A program made the position numbers and the translations under genes. Shown here one piece after another: positions 16,986 through 26,282 of a stretch of DNA of 64,000 nt (within the stretch, counting starts at the first letter, position 1; each line of letters begins with the position of its first letter). The stretch lies in the sequence record MK568540.2. One strand, written 5' to 3'. The notes under the pieces were generated by a model that made no database searches, was not told where the DNA came from, and was given only the letters and a program-made list of their open reading frames with translations.

Positions 16986-17048
16986 ATTGTATTTTACCTT
17001 GTATTTTATAGTATGATATAGTATCGTATAGTGTGTTATTGTATTTTA
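16986..17048 (-). promoter_or_regulatory. putative gp32 autogenous translational operator
   Basis: AU-rich unstructured leader with TAAAATACAA x3 and ACTATA repeats, by analogy with T4 gene 32 autoregulation. Confidence 0.5.
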
Positions 17049-17689
17049 CTTTGATTTTTTATTTGAATAAACATTTCTTTAGCAAGATCTTCGTCGATTT
17101 TCAGCAACTTATCGTATGCTAAAGCTCGTGTCTTGAACTCGTGCCAGAAGATATCGTCTCCGTAATCTTTGTCGATTACAGGTACGAAGTTCAATAATCT
17201 ATTCAGAATTACGAACGTCTCAATTGAGATAGTATTTCGTAACACGAGTTGCATTATAACGGGATGCCCTTCGCCTCTAAACAAATCTTTGAATTTTTTA
17301 TTCTCTCTATTTATAAGAGTAAAAATCGAAAGTAGTTCATTTTTGTAGTGTTGACTGTAAATTTCCATAAATCCCGTATGTTTCAACCAGAATTCATGAG
17401 CGTCAGCACCTGCAATCTCATAAGAAATCGCATTGGGGTTCGCTGCTAAGTTACTAACAAGCAACTGATAGCAATCATTCAATGTTAGCCGTTTGGCTAG
17501 CCGTTCAAAAAACACCTTATCTGAACGCTTCTCGAACGCAGATCTAGGTGTTTTCATTCCGAGTTTATACTTGGAGATGTCGTACTTTCCGCCCATATGC
17601 GCCTTTACAGCACAATAAACACGAAATACGCTATACCCATTGACCCAAGTCCGAGGCAGAACCAAATCGACTTCTAATAGTCTTTTCAT
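17036..17689 (-). CDS. 59: helicase loader
   Basis: NGYSVF..Y...K.H..GKYD..KY, F.KRSDK.FF, ETFVIL; gene order 33-59-32. Confidence 0.93.
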   Translation of the reverse strand: MKRLLEVDLVLPRTWVNGYSVFRVYCAVKAHMGGKYDISKYKLGMKTPRSAFEKRSDKVFFERLAKRLTLNDCYQLLVSNLAANPNAISYEIAGADAHEFWLKHTGFMEIYSQHYKNELLSIFTLINRENKKFKDLFRGEGHPVIMQLVLRNTISIETFVILNRLLNFVPVIDKDYGDDIFWHEFKTRALAYDKLLKIDEDLAKEMFIQIKNQSKIQ

Positions 17690-17927
17690 TTATCGCCTCA
17701 GTCTCAATTTTGTCTTTCAACGTCTGATTAATCAGATACGGGAAGCGACTAATGTCGTAATCGTATTGCTCAATGAAGAACAGACACGCTTCAAGATAGG
17801 TCATGGCGGGACAGCTATTATAAATCTCTTCAATTTCTAGAGAGATTTGCTGTCTAAGACTGCCTTTAATAGGCGGAACTAAATCACCAAGCTCTTCTTT
17901 TAAAACGTAGTTGTCTTTATTCATCAT
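17631..17927 (-). CDS. 33: late-promoter transcription coactivator
   Basis: IE.....TYLEAC..F.E, LKDKI..EA; synteny; exact start uncertain (17927 or 17933). Confidence 0.88.
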   Translation of the reverse strand: MMNKDNYVLKEELGDLVPPIKGSLRQQISLEIEEIYNSCPAMTYLEACLFFIEQYDYDISRFPYLINQTLKDKIETEAINEKTIRSRFGSASDLGQWV

Positions 17928-18198
17928 CTGCATCGTCAAAAAGCTTCTCGTATAGATTGTCTACCTTTTCATACTTCGCCTGTTCTTCTTGGCGGTTTTG
18001 TTTGTGATACATCTTCACAACTTTGTTGAAATCGGCAGGTTTGATTTCGAACTCTTCTTTTGCGCGATTCGCAATGTCTTTCATTAGATCGCGTTCAGAA
18101 TCAATGCGCAACATGGAAGCAGACGCTTCTTTAACCATGTTAACTACTTCTTGCTTATCTTGCGGAGTAGAGATTGTTTCGTATTCAAGAATGTCCAT
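17917..18198 (-). CDS. dsbA: double-stranded DNA-binding protein
   Basis: KEAS..M..I...RD..KDI..RAKEE......FNK..K.YHKQ.R; synteny. Confidence 0.92.
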   Translation of the reverse strand: MDILEYETISTPQDKQEVVNMVKEASASMLRIDSERDLMKDIANRAKEEFEIKPADFNKVVKMYHKQNRQEEQAKYEKVDNLYEKLFDDADDE

Positions 18199-18244
18199 CG
18201 TTACCTCAATATGTTTTGTTCAATGTCGTTGTTTCGTGCTGCTC

Positions 18245-18273
18245 ATTATACAGCAGCACATGTTGTTCTAAAC
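18245..18273 (-). promoter_or_regulatory. promoter for dsbA-33-59-32
   Basis: GTTTAG-17-TATAAT; -10 flanked by 8-bp inverted repeat GTGCTGCT/AGCAGCAC. Confidence 0.75.
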
Positions 18274-18280
18274 AATTTTT

Positions 18281-19213
18281 TTAGAATTCGCTCATGCTTT
18301 CAATAAGCTTATCTAACTTCTTAGAAGCAAAATACATCATGATTTTACTTCTAGGCGCTGGCTTCTGCGCTTCAAACTGTTCGATTATGCTATCACTGAT
18401 ATTCTTAGGAATAAACGCAAAATCTAACAATTTTCTGTTTTCTTCATAACGAGCAAATTGCTCTTCAGTTAAGAGCTTTTTAAGCTCATCTGGCGTTGAT
18501 GTCATTAGCGTGCGCAACTCTTCTTTGCGAACAGATGGTGCACGACGACCATCGCCATGTGTGTAGTGATCATTCGGCGCTTTCAACGGTGCAATACCGT
18601 CTTTTTTATCACCTTTGATGCATTTAAACATGATGTCCATTTCTGGTGAACCATGCTTCGGCTTGACCCATTTCTTCTGAATCGGAGACCATTGACGTAC
18701 AAGCTTGCTTGTGTGTAACTGAGTAAAGTCACCATCTGAAGAAGTAATCAAAACTGGAACGTTTTTACTCACGTAATAATTAGTCAAAACACCAATATGG
18801 TCATCGGCTTCAACGCCTTCAATGTCCATTACGTAATACGGCATGTTTTCTTTGATTTCTTCTTTAATCTGCGCCATTGCATTGAAAATCGTTTCGAAAT
18901 CCCAGCCAGAGTCATCACGCTGCTCACTACGTTTGTATTTGTAGTACCAAGCTTCTTTCTTGCGCCAATAACCGCCTTTACCGTTATCAATACACAAGAT
19001 AATACGCGGGTATTTGAGTTTGTTCTTTAGCACGTTACTACGTAGCGTGTTAAGAACGATATGACGAATCAAATCAACTGTTAGTAGATCAGTCGGTTTG
19101 TATGTTGCCATGATTGTACTCAAGACAATCTGACTGAAGTCAACGAGATTAACACCCGCTGGCATACCATCAAACGATTTTGTCTTTCGCTTGAAGAACC
19201 CCTCTAAACTCAT
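18281..19213 (-). CDS. rnh: RNase H / 5'-3' exonuclease
   Basis: LVDFSQI, YWR.....YKYKR, EADDHIG, SSDGDFTQL, KGDKKDG. Confidence 0.97.
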   Translation of the reverse strand: MSLEGFFKRKTKSFDGMPAGVNLVDFSQIVLSTIMATYKPTDLLTVDLIRHIVLNTLRSNVLKNKLKYPRIILCIDNGKGGYWRKKEAWYYKYKRSEQRDDSGWDFETIFNAMAQIKEEIKENMPYYVMDIEGVEADDHIGVLTNYYVSKNVPVLITSSDGDFTQLHTSKLVRQWSPIQKKWVKPKHGSPEMDIMFKCIKGDKKDGIAPLKAPNDHYTHGDGRRAPSVRKEELRTLMTSTPDELKKLLTEEQFARYEENRKLLDFAFIPKNISDSIIEQFEAQKPAPRSKIMMYFASKKLDKLIESMSEF

Positions 19214-19244
19214 GTGTCGTTTCCTATATGTTTATATCGTGTGT

Positions 19245-19251
19245 CTAAATA
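19245..19251 (+). promoter_or_regulatory. late (gp55-type) promoter for gene 34
   Basis: CTAAATA variant of T4 TATAAATA, upstream of the gene 34 RBS. Confidence 0.65.
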
Positions 19252-19291
19252 TATCATAGCGAATTGCATATCTAAACAAAGGAGCAATGAA

Positions 19292-22200
19292 ATGTCAGAA
19301 TTCCGCAGAGCATTTCGTGCGTCAGGTCTTGATGCAAGTGGTCAGAATGTCATTAACGTAGCAGACCCACGAGCAAATGAATTGTTCGACGGTATTAACC
19401 AAGGCTACTTTATTGAAGAGAACACTGTTCAAGAGTATGACCCAACACGAGATCACTATAAAGTAGACTTTATCGTTGAGTTCAATCAACGTCTATACAA
19501 AAACATTACCGAAATCAATGCACCTGAACCTTTTGACTCGCAGAAGTGGCAGAAAATGCGTACCGACCCTGAATGGGAAGATACTGATTCATCGGTAGGC
19601 GCAAACGTCGGTGACTTCTTGTTGTTAACAGCAAGCTCGGCAATCACTATTACACTGCCTGAAACACCATTAACAGGTGACACAGTTACAATCAAAGACG
19701 GTAAAGGCGTTCTTACAACTTACCCTTGTACGATTGCAGCAGCGGGCGGCTTGACGATTCAACATTACGGCATTGACGGTTCAATTGAGTCTAAACCGAG
19801 TATTTCATTCAATACCCCTAACAGCACTATATTCTTAGTGTACAACGGTATTGCATGGACATATCAGATCAATCAAGAGTTATACAATACGTATATTGAC
19901 GACAGTCACCCAACTCAACAGGGTGGGTACTTATCAACTGGTGGTTATTTCACTAACGTTGGCGAGACAGTCACATATGACGGTTCAGTTAAGAAAATTG
20001 CAATTTCTGTACCACTGAACCCGAACGTGGGCGATACAATTCATCTTAAAGATGTTGCGTATCTTGAGAATCAAACGTCGATTCAAATCGGTGTGAACCC
20101 GACTGCTACGGGTCAGGTTATTCAAGACCCTATTTCAGGCGAACGTAGTTCTGTTATCAGTCTTGATACTATCGGCGGCGCTGATATCACATTTATCGAT
20201 GATAACGGTACTGGCGTATGGGTAATCACAATCGCGAACAACCCGCATTTATGGAACTATGTCGGGGATTCAAGCGCGGTTGAATTGAAGCCTCGTTCTC
20301 GTTACGCTATCGAAATCGCAGATGCTGTTCCTGCAATGACGATCACACTACCAGAAAAACCAGCCGATGGTGACTGGATTGAGATCTCACACAACAAAAC
20401 AGCTCATAAGAAAGTAACGATTCAAGTTCACCCGAATTTCGGTGATGATGACCCAGGTCACGGCCCCGATGAATACAAAGTATTCTTGGACTTTGAAACA
20501 TATCGTTATCAAAAATACCGTCATTACGTTGATTTCGTTCCATTCTTCGTTGAATCATTCGAAATTAGTGATTATGACAGCGGTTATTCACTAGTTCTAT
20601 ACTACGACGCGAGTCGTAAAGTATGGTCGTTCGGTAACATCGCGACTCGTATCGATATCGCTGATGAACTATACCGTAAACGCCCGGGTATCGTGCCATT
20701 AGCTGACCCAACGGAAGCTCTAGCACACGGGATTGAATATGCGCACCCTGAAGATGCAGCAGACCCTTGGGCTGATCAAAACCCACTGAAAGACCACGTA
20801 ATCACGGTAGAGACGCTTGACGCTCGTCGTGCAGGTGAACAGCAAGTTGGTATGGCTCGTGTTGCTACTCTTGGAACTGATGAAGCTCTTGAAGAATCGC
20901 GTTCTGGTACGTTTGTTCGTTACCCAGATACAAACTTCAGACATGATCTGTTCATAACACCACGTAGTTTGAATGCGCGTACAGCAACTGAAACACGTCG
21001 CGGTGTAGTTGAAATCGCAACTCAAAACGAGACGCGAAGCACAACTAACGATGTTCAAGTTCTAACACCGATGAAATTCCACGCTGCACAAGCTGAAGAA
21101 GATCTAACAGGTGTTGCAAAACTAGTCGAAGCGTCGAACAACATCAATGCTGGTGGTATTGTTACATCAACAGCGAATATGCGTTCAGACCGTTCAGTAA
21201 ATGGTCTTGACAATACAGTATATGATAAAACTGATCATCTGCGTATCGTAACGCCAAAAATGCTTGATGAGTATCGTGCTACAGAGAATCAACCTGGTAC
21301 ATTATGGGTTGCTAAGAGCAGTGAACTCCGCATCAACGACTCAACAGTTGATAACGCGATCATCACGCCTAAGAAATTAGCAGCGTGGAAAGCAAGCTCA
21401 ACGGTTCGTGGTATTGCTCGTTCTGCCACACAGTCTGAAGCAAATGCAACAACAGGAACTGGTGAATCGTGGACAACAGTCTTCATCACACCAGAAACGT
21501 TGAATAGCAGAACAGCAACTGAATCACGTCGTGGTGTTGCTGAAATCGCAACTCAAACTGAAGTTGACTCAGGGACAGACGATACTCGTATTGTTTCACC
21601 ACTTAAACTGAAGACATGGCTTGATCGTGACCATTTCGTGACGGCAGGAACAGATGGTCTATCGCATAATGGTACAGTGTGGGGCGACGTTACATTCAGC
21701 ATCGCGTCAGCGACTGAAACACAACGTGGTACACTACAAGTTGCGACTCAAGTAGAAGCGAATGCTCAAACTGGTGCGCTTGATGATGTAATCATCACAC
21801 CACAGAAGTTAAATGCGCGTCGTGCTACAGAAACGCAAACCGGTATCGTGCGTCTTGCGACTCAAGCTGAAGTCGAAGCAGCGACAGCTAGTAATGAAAT
21901 TGTTGTTACTCCGAGTGATTTGCTACACTGGACTCGTTACTCTGACAGCTCACGTGCAAATGAAAGTCGTTATGGTAACGTACAAATCGCAACACCAGCA
22001 GAAACATTTGTTGGTAACAGTACAGACGGTTCAACACAAGCGTATACGTCGTACTTGCGTGTTCCATATGCAGTTTCACCTTACGGTCTGCATTATGCAT
22101 TGCGCAACTACTTACCGCTAAACGCTAAAGCTGATGACTCAGAATTACTAGATGGCTTGAACAGTACACAATTTGCACGTCGTGACATCGACCAAACAAT

Positions 22201-22999
22201 CAATGGCACGTATACGTTTAGTGGCGAATTCGTGCAAACGAAAGGTGGCGGTTATTTCTTAGTTGCAAACCCAACGAACGACGCAGCGAGTGTAAAACTC
22301 GACTGGTTTAATGACGAACCTCGCATTCGTGTGGGCGGTAGTGGTAACGGGTCTTCTTCACCATTCTCAATCGCAGGGACAGGTGACACAACTCGATGGC
22401 AAGTAAACTCAACTGGTTATACGACTCAACCAGGTGGGGCATCGTTCGGTGATACAATATATGAAAATGAAGCGACTGCTAACGTTGATACAACATACGG
22501 GTCTTATTCGAGCCCGTCAAGCGGTTCACTTCGTCAGAAGTACTTGGGTATTAACAACGTAGCTAAAGCGTCTGAGAAGTGGGTTACAGCGCGTACAGTA
22601 ACGTTCACCGGCGACTTGTCTGGTAACTTTACGTTAGATGGTAGCGGAAACGTTACTACAAACATTCAAGTTAATGATTACAGTCACGCTCACTCAGGTG
22701 AGAACATCACAACAGGTACAATTAACAATGATCGTCTGCGCAAATCAAGCCGCACAAATCAAGGTATTGTACAAGTAACAAGTGACGTGCGTACAGCAGA
22801 CCCAGTGAATGCTTCAGACCCACACCAAGCTCTATCGGCTGGTGCTGGTAAGACTCTATCTGAGCGTATCGACTTGTTCACGCCAGACGGTGGTACAGGT
22901 GAGAGCGTTAAATACAGAGACTACATTCAAGTTGGTTCTGTAAGAATGTCAACTAATAATCAAGGCGTGTTGGAGTTTACGTACGGACACGCTATATAA
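19292..22999 (+). CDS. 34: long tail fibre proximal subunit
   Basis: FRASGLDA.GQNVINV N-terminus and ATETRRG..EIATQ.E repeats; divergent from rnh as in T4; start at MSEF after GGAG. Confidence 0.95.
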   Translation: MSEFRRAFRASGLDASGQNVINVADPRANELFDGINQGYFIEENTVQEYDPTRDHYKVDFIVEFNQRLYKNITEINAPEPFDSQKWQKMRTDPEWEDTDSSVGANVGDFLLLTASSAITITLPETPLTGDTVTIKDGKGVLTTYPCTIAAAGGLTIQHYGIDGSIESKPSISFNTPNSTIFLVYNGIAWTYQINQELYNTYIDDSHPTQQGGYLSTGGYFTNVGETVTYDGSVKKIAISVPLNPNVGDTIHLKDVAYLENQTSIQIGVNPTATGQVIQDPISGERSSVISLDTIGGADITFIDDNGTGVWVITIANNPHLWNYVGDSSAVELKPRSRYAIEIADAVPAMTITLPEKPADGDWIEISHNKTAHKKVTIQVHPNFGDDDPGHGPDEYKVFLDFETYRYQKYRHYVDFVPFFVESFEISDYDSGYSLVLYYDASRKVWSFGNIATRIDIADELYRKRPGIVPLADPTEALAHGIEYAHPEDAADPWADQNPLKDHVITVETLDARRAGEQQVGMARVATLGTDEALEESRSGTFVRYPDTNFRHDLFITPRSLNARTATETRRGVVEIATQNETRSTTNDVQVLTPMKFHAAQAEEDLTGVAKLVEASNNINAGGIVTSTANMRSDRSVNGLDNTVYDKTDHLRIVTPKMLDEYRATENQPGTLWVAKSSELRINDSTVDNAIITPKKLAAWKASSTVRGIARSATQSEANATTGTGESWTTVFITPETLNSRTATESRRGVAEIATQTEVDSGTDDTRIVSPLKLKTWLDRDHFVTAGTDGLSHNGTVWGDVTFSIASATETQRGTLQVATQVEANAQTGALDDVIITPQKLNARRATETQTGIVRLATQAEVEAATASNEIVVTPSDLLHWTRYSDSSRANESRYGNVQIATPAETFVGNSTDGSTQAYTSYLRVPYAVSPYGLHYALRNYLPLNAKADDSELLDGLNSTQFARRDIDQTINGTYTFSGEFVQTKGGGYFLVANPTNDAASVKLDWFNDEPRIRVGGSGNGSSSPFSIAGTGDTTRWQVNSTGYTTQPGGASFGDTIYENEATANVDTTYGSYSSPSSGSLRQKYLGINNVAKASEKWVTARTVTFTGDLSGNFTLDGSGNVTTNIQVNDYSHAHSGENITTGTINNDRLRKSSRTNQGIVQVTSDVRTADPVNASDPHQALSAGAGKTLSERIDLFTPDGGTGESVKYRDYIQVGSVRMSTNNQGVLEFTYGHAI

Positions 23000-23007
23000 G
23001 GTGATTT

Positions 23008-25701
23008 ATGTACGAAAGACTTAAACGTGACGGCGATTGGCTATTAATCTTTCGCCATGATTCAACAGGAGGTGTGTTTTTCACCTCCGATGCTGAAGCA
23101 CGCAGCGTCGGGACAGATCCCGACGTTGAACAAAAATTCAGTGCGTTGAACTCACTTGAGGAATTTCGCCGTGAAGACGGCAAATTCCAATTCAAGCTTC
23201 ATTACCCAGAATTAGATGTAACAAACATTTGGAAGCAAAGTAGTAACTTTGCAGCTATTGATGTAGGTCAATATCTAACTAACGGTAACTTGGCTGGTGG
23301 CGAATACGTTACTGAGCAAAACGCAAAAATAGGTTCGTGGGTTATAGTTGAAAAAGAAAACCCAGGGTCGTCAAAATACGTTGTAGAACAACCAACTGCG
23401 GCACTCGAAGATCAATTGCGATTTCAAGTGCCACAATCGCGTTTAAAACCAAACAAAACATACACATTGTCATGTTGGGTTGGGTATGAAGTAGACGCTG
23501 ATCACGACACAGCAGCTATATTTCACGCTCGTTGGTATGACGGTTCCAATAATGATTATACATTAGGCGAACATACTGCGGGTGACGTGTTCGAATCAGC
23601 AGGAAACGAAATAATAGTTGACGGGATTCTTTGGAAACGTCACTATGCTCGTTTCACAACGCCTAGTACTCTTTCGTCAAGTAGCATGTACTGGTATTGT
23701 TGCTACACAAACGATGCCGGGAAATTACCAACAGGAAAACGTTGGTTGACGAACTTCATGATCACGGATTCGCAAATCGTCAAGAACTATACTGGCGATT
23801 ACGATGCTACCGCTCGTGGGGTTAGGGGTTATGAACCTGTTTACATCGAAAGCACTGCAAACGATTGGGGTGGTATTGAATTCAGCGTTTCAGCTAGTAC
23901 TTTAGCAGATGGTTCAGTCGATATATCAAATTGGTATTGGGCTATCGGTGCCAAACGTTCTTGGCCAGACGCGACTACGACATTCCCGGGACCGGGTATT
24001 AACGTAAATATAGCAGAATTATGGATTTATGCTCCCGTCGGTTCAAGAATCGGTGAATATGAAGTGTCGGCTAGACATATCAGAGATTTTTCAAATAATA
24101 ATATCAGACTGTTAGCAACAGGTGTCGCGAACGGTAGTTCGAATCTAGCATCATGTTATTTGAATGATGTTAGTCTATTCACACCCGAAGCTAAACAACA
24201 ATATCAAGTTCGTTTGATTATATTCAACGACGATATGACAGTCAAAACTAATAGAAAATATCTTCTGAGTAGTTCTACAGAACGTAGCAACTTCATCAAC
24301 GGGCTGAACGGGTTAACAACAGAGCCGTTTGTTATTTTATCAAATGGGTCAATGTACGCAGATTCTGCGGTAGATGCTGCAATTCAACAGTATCACCCGA
24401 TTGAGTATCGCGGTAGCTCTTACTTCAGTCAATACAGTTATAGTTACTGTGCATTCGGGACAGGGCAATTAGGTATTGTATATGATCGTTGTATGTTCGA
24501 TCATGAATCTGACGGTGACAGTGTTGTTGATACTGCATTCGAAGATAAAGCAGGGATTGGTTCAAACGGGTACGGAATTCCTTTACTCGAAACAATGACT
24601 GTTCCTACTGATAAACGTTATCTTCTTTCAGATTATGGTGTAATCGACGGACAGTACTTGATTTACAAAGCTCGTGCATGTATTGATCGAAATTCAGCAA
24701 TCGCGAATGCAGACAAAATGGCGAATCTTCGATTCTACAACGTAGTTGGCGATGAAGTAGGCAGACAGAATATTCATTTTTACAGTGCAGAGAAAAAAGA
24801 AACTCAAGAATTTTTCGTACAAGTACCAACAGGTGCAGTTAAATTTGGAGTTTGGTCTGACTTACAACCAGAGTACTTTGATTACGTCATATTGACTAAA
24901 GGCGGAATGTCAACCCCGAGTGGTATACCTCATATGATTTCGAACATAAACGGTATCGCTGCTCAAGAGATTGTCAATTCACCGATTACAGGTAACGTAG
25001 TTGATGACGATAGCTGGTGGCGAGCATATAACGCAGATTCAAACTTGTATGCAGGTATTAATATGCCAGTACAAGAAATTGACAACGTTCAATGGGGTAA
25101 TTATGTACTTTCAGGCGGTGAAAAGTGTTTCACACGTACAGCAGGCTCATCATCTCCAATTGAAATGCAAGAAGTATCAATCGATCCATCTCGACCATAC
25201 TTCTTATCGTTATGGGTTAATGCTATAGACAAGCAAAATAGCTTCTTATATTTCAGTGTACGTGTCAAGAATTCATCTGGTGACTATAGAACTCTGAGAT
25301 TATCAGACGGTAGTCGAACATCTACATATATCAATGTTGACAGAGTGTACGGGTTTCCTGCTTCAAACAATCAATGGGTTTTATTGCAGGGGTATATTCT
25401 ACCACATGATTGGACAGATGCACAACATCAAGCGTTTGCTGATAAGTTTAACAACTATTTCGGTGTAATAAACCCAGAAGATGATCCGACATATCAGACA
25501 TCAAAGGGTGTAGGTTATTACACCACAAACGCAGACAAGTCTTTTAGATGGAATGCTGATGATGATAAGTTGATACTTCGATACAAAGATGAAACAGCCG
25601 TTGAAAATCAAGTAATGTGGGCTTTCCCAATTGTCACTGAAGTCAATGTTGCTAGTTCGTTTGAAGACAATTTCACTGCAATCGACTTTGCAATGAAATA
25701 A
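23008..25701 (+). CDS. 35: long tail fibre hinge protein (gp35-like, enlarged, multi-domain)
   Basis: Follows gene 34; fibrinogen-like N-domain, CBM-like beta-sandwiches, ILEI-like domain. Confidence 0.75.
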   Translation: MYERLKRDGDWLLIFRHDSTGGVFFTSDAEARSVGTDPDVEQKFSALNSLEEFRREDGKFQFKLHYPELDVTNIWKQSSNFAAIDVGQYLTNGNLAGGEYVTEQNAKIGSWVIVEKENPGSSKYVVEQPTAALEDQLRFQVPQSRLKPNKTYTLSCWVGYEVDADHDTAAIFHARWYDGSNNDYTLGEHTAGDVFESAGNEIIVDGILWKRHYARFTTPSTLSSSSMYWYCCYTNDAGKLPTGKRWLTNFMITDSQIVKNYTGDYDATARGVRGYEPVYIESTANDWGGIEFSVSASTLADGSVDISNWYWAIGAKRSWPDATTTFPGPGINVNIAELWIYAPVGSRIGEYEVSARHIRDFSNNNIRLLATGVANGSSNLASCYLNDVSLFTPEAKQQYQVRLIIFNDDMTVKTNRKYLLSSSTERSNFINGLNGLTTEPFVILSNGSMYADSAVDAAIQQYHPIEYRGSSYFSQYSYSYCAFGTGQLGIVYDRCMFDHESDGDSVVDTAFEDKAGIGSNGYGIPLLETMTVPTDKRYLLSDYGVIDGQYLIYKARACIDRNSAIANADKMANLRFYNVVGDEVGRQNIHFYSAEKKETQEFFVQVPTGAVKFGVWSDLQPEYFDYVILTKGGMSTPSGIPHMISNINGIAAQEIVNSPITGNVVDDDSWWRAYNADSNLYAGINMPVQEIDNVQWGNYVLSGGEKCFTRTAGSSSPIEMQEVSIDPSRPYFLSLWVNAIDKQNSFLYFSVRVKNSSGDYRTLRLSDGSRTSTYINVDRVYGFPASNNQWVLLQGYILPHDWTDAQHQAFADKFNNYFGVINPEDDPTYQTSKGVGYYTTNADKSFRWNADDDKLILRYKDETAVENQVMWAFPIVTEVNVASSFEDNFTAIDFAMK

Positions 25702-25704
25702 AAG

Positions 25705-25724
25705 AGCCCTTCGGGGCTTTTTTT
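25705..25724 (+). terminator. intrinsic terminator after gene 35
   Basis: AGCCC-TTCG-GGGCT followed by a T-run. Confidence 0.9.
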
Positions 25725-25744
25725 ATACGCGAAGCGAAAACGGT

Positions 25745-25810
25745 AAGAGGCGGAAAAATTCCGTCTCATCTTAGTAGTATTAGTGGTTTTAGTGATATTA
25801 GAAGTATTAG
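25745..25810 (+). repeat. 66-bp dispersed repeat, copy 1 (hairpin plus 9-nt periodic TTAG array)
   Basis: Exact reverse complement of 53610-53675. Confidence 0.95.
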
Positions 25811-25820
25811 AGGGATTAGT

Positions 25821-25850
25821 GTTTAAGCAACCAATGATGAAATGTATACT
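25821..25850 (+). promoter_or_regulatory. promoter for uvsY
   Basis: GTTTAA-18-TATACT, followed by GAGG RBS. Confidence 0.65.
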
Positions 25851-25868
25851 TGATGACGCGAGGTTATT

Positions 25869-26282
25869 ATGAAGCTACAAGATTTAAAAATTGAATATCA
25901 CGAAGACGTGAAAATTGACACAACTGCTTTAGAAACAGCAGCTATTCGAATTCCCGTTCTTCATGCGAAGTGGCTTGCATACCGAGCCGATGCAAGACAA
26001 CTACTTATCAAAGCTGAAATGAAAATGGAAGCTGTGAGAAAAGACCGCTGGCTCTTTTATAGCGGCAAACATGACGATGAAGTTTGTGATTTCATCGTAG
26101 AAAAGAGTGAAATGAAATATGCTCTTGCGGGTGATGAATATCTTCAACGTGCAATTGCTACTTTTCAACACATGAAAGATGTGTTATCATTCATCGAAGA
26201 AGCTTTGAAAGGCATTAGTCAAATGGGCTTCACAATCAAACACATTATTGACAACAGAAAAATTGAGAGTGGTATAGTATGA
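25869..26282 (+). CDS. uvsY: recombination mediator
   Basis: L.ED.KID.T.L......IP.LHAKWL.Y, ...I...GF.IK..ID.RK.E.G. Confidence 0.93.
   Translation: MKLQDLKIEYHEDVKIDTTALETAAIRIPVLHAKWLAYRADARQLLIKAEMKMEAVRKDRWLFYSGKHDDEVCDFIVEKSEMKYALAGDEYLQRAIATFQHMKDVLSFIEEALKGISQMGFTIKHIIDNRKIESGIV

Noticed and set aside
19214-19291. Extended ORF-track starts for genes 34, uvsW, wac, 40, 9, 11 and the 2550 ORF
   Set aside because: The extensions run through promoters, terminators or upstream genes; downstream ATGs have proper RBSs and match the homologous N-termini
19700-22100. ATETRRG..EIATQ repeats and the N-terminal YDPT..Y..KW module of gp34 as novel features
   Set aside because: These are standard features of T4-type gp34, so they are not unusual
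25771-25820. TTAG array as a CRISPR array or telomere-like repeat
   Set aside because: The units are only 9 nt with 5-nt variable parts, there are no 25-40-nt repeat-spacer units, and no cas or telomerase-like genes are present; kept as an iteron-like element instead
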